Shown here: positions 63,351 to 64,000 of the stretch, in pieces | Numbering within the stretch: the stretch's first letter is position 1 | How the letters are laid out: each line of letters starts with the position of its first letter | Assembly (NCBI GenBank): GCA_964016885.1 | Contig: OZ024744.1 | Coordinates: 56,606,001 to 56,670,000, forward strand | Direction of reading: 5' to 3' | Length of the DNA stretch: 64,000 nt | DNA from: Eledone cirrhosa | Lineage: Eukaryota | Notes under the pieces: model-generated | What the model saw: only the letters and a program-made list of their open reading frames with translations | Database searches by the model: none | What the model was told of the DNA's origin: nothing | Made by a program: the position numbers and the translations under genes

Positions 63351-64000
63351 AGTCTCTCTCATCTTAGATCGTCTGCTTTCTGAAGGTTTACAAAGCTCAA
63401 TTTAAGCCCCGTGCAATCTTATTATTACTCAGAGCGACATCTTCAGATGTCAGCAACCCAGACATCTTAAGAATCCCTCGTTGGCCGTTCTAAGCGTAGT
63501 AGTGAATTGATATTTGTTATGTGAGATTAATCAAGTGATAGGGTATGTCTTAAAAGCACCTGACCAAAATGTGGAATGGAGTGAAGGGGTTGCAGTGAAG
63601 TTTCAATGTACATTTTTAAAGGCAAATTAGAGGAAAAAGGTATTTATGAAATAAGTTATATATGATTGGAATATATGTATATATTAGCTTAGCCTTTTTG
63701 TTCCTAAGTAAAACTGCTGTGTGGTTCTGGCTAGATTGGTATTTTTTAAGGTAAATTGAGATGATGATGATGGTGGTGGTGGTGCATGTGATAATACTGA
63801 GAGGGAGGGAAACTACTCCAAGTTCAATAGAAAAAGATAGAAAAGGAAAGAGAGGGGGAAGTTTCAATGTACAGCATTTAAAAAATCAAATATGAGGAAA
63901 AAGAAGCATTTATGAAATATACACATGCATGCAGGTGACTTGCTATACTGGGAATAACCTGTTCACCAGTACAAGCACTGTGATGCTAAAAGTAGATATG

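Overview
Repeat-dominated eukaryotic DNA. The SINE, RTE and piggyBac-MITE families resemble those I associate with octopus/cephalopod genomes (inference from memory, not a search). Bases ~1478-42442 are one ~41 kb tandem array of a 28-bp pyrimidine-rich unit (CACTCCATCCTCTCTAACTTCTGTCTGT, plus a 24-bp form lacking one CTGT). It has a readable variant code, multi-kb higher-order duplications, and an older diverged layer shared by both ends. The last ~21.5 kb is transposon debris: two TTAA-flanked piggyBac copies sharing inactivating lesions (the second interrupted by a young RTE LINE whose ORF carries a PHD finger), piggyBac-type MITEs, several RTE fragments, SINEs, and a TIR-bounded, internally deleted IS630/Tc1-like transposase relic. 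I can support no intact host protein-coding gene, tRNA, rRNA or CRISPR array, and I cannot demonstrate a new biological system. The best leads are the satellite architecture and the unusual TE relics. All coordinates were read by eye.
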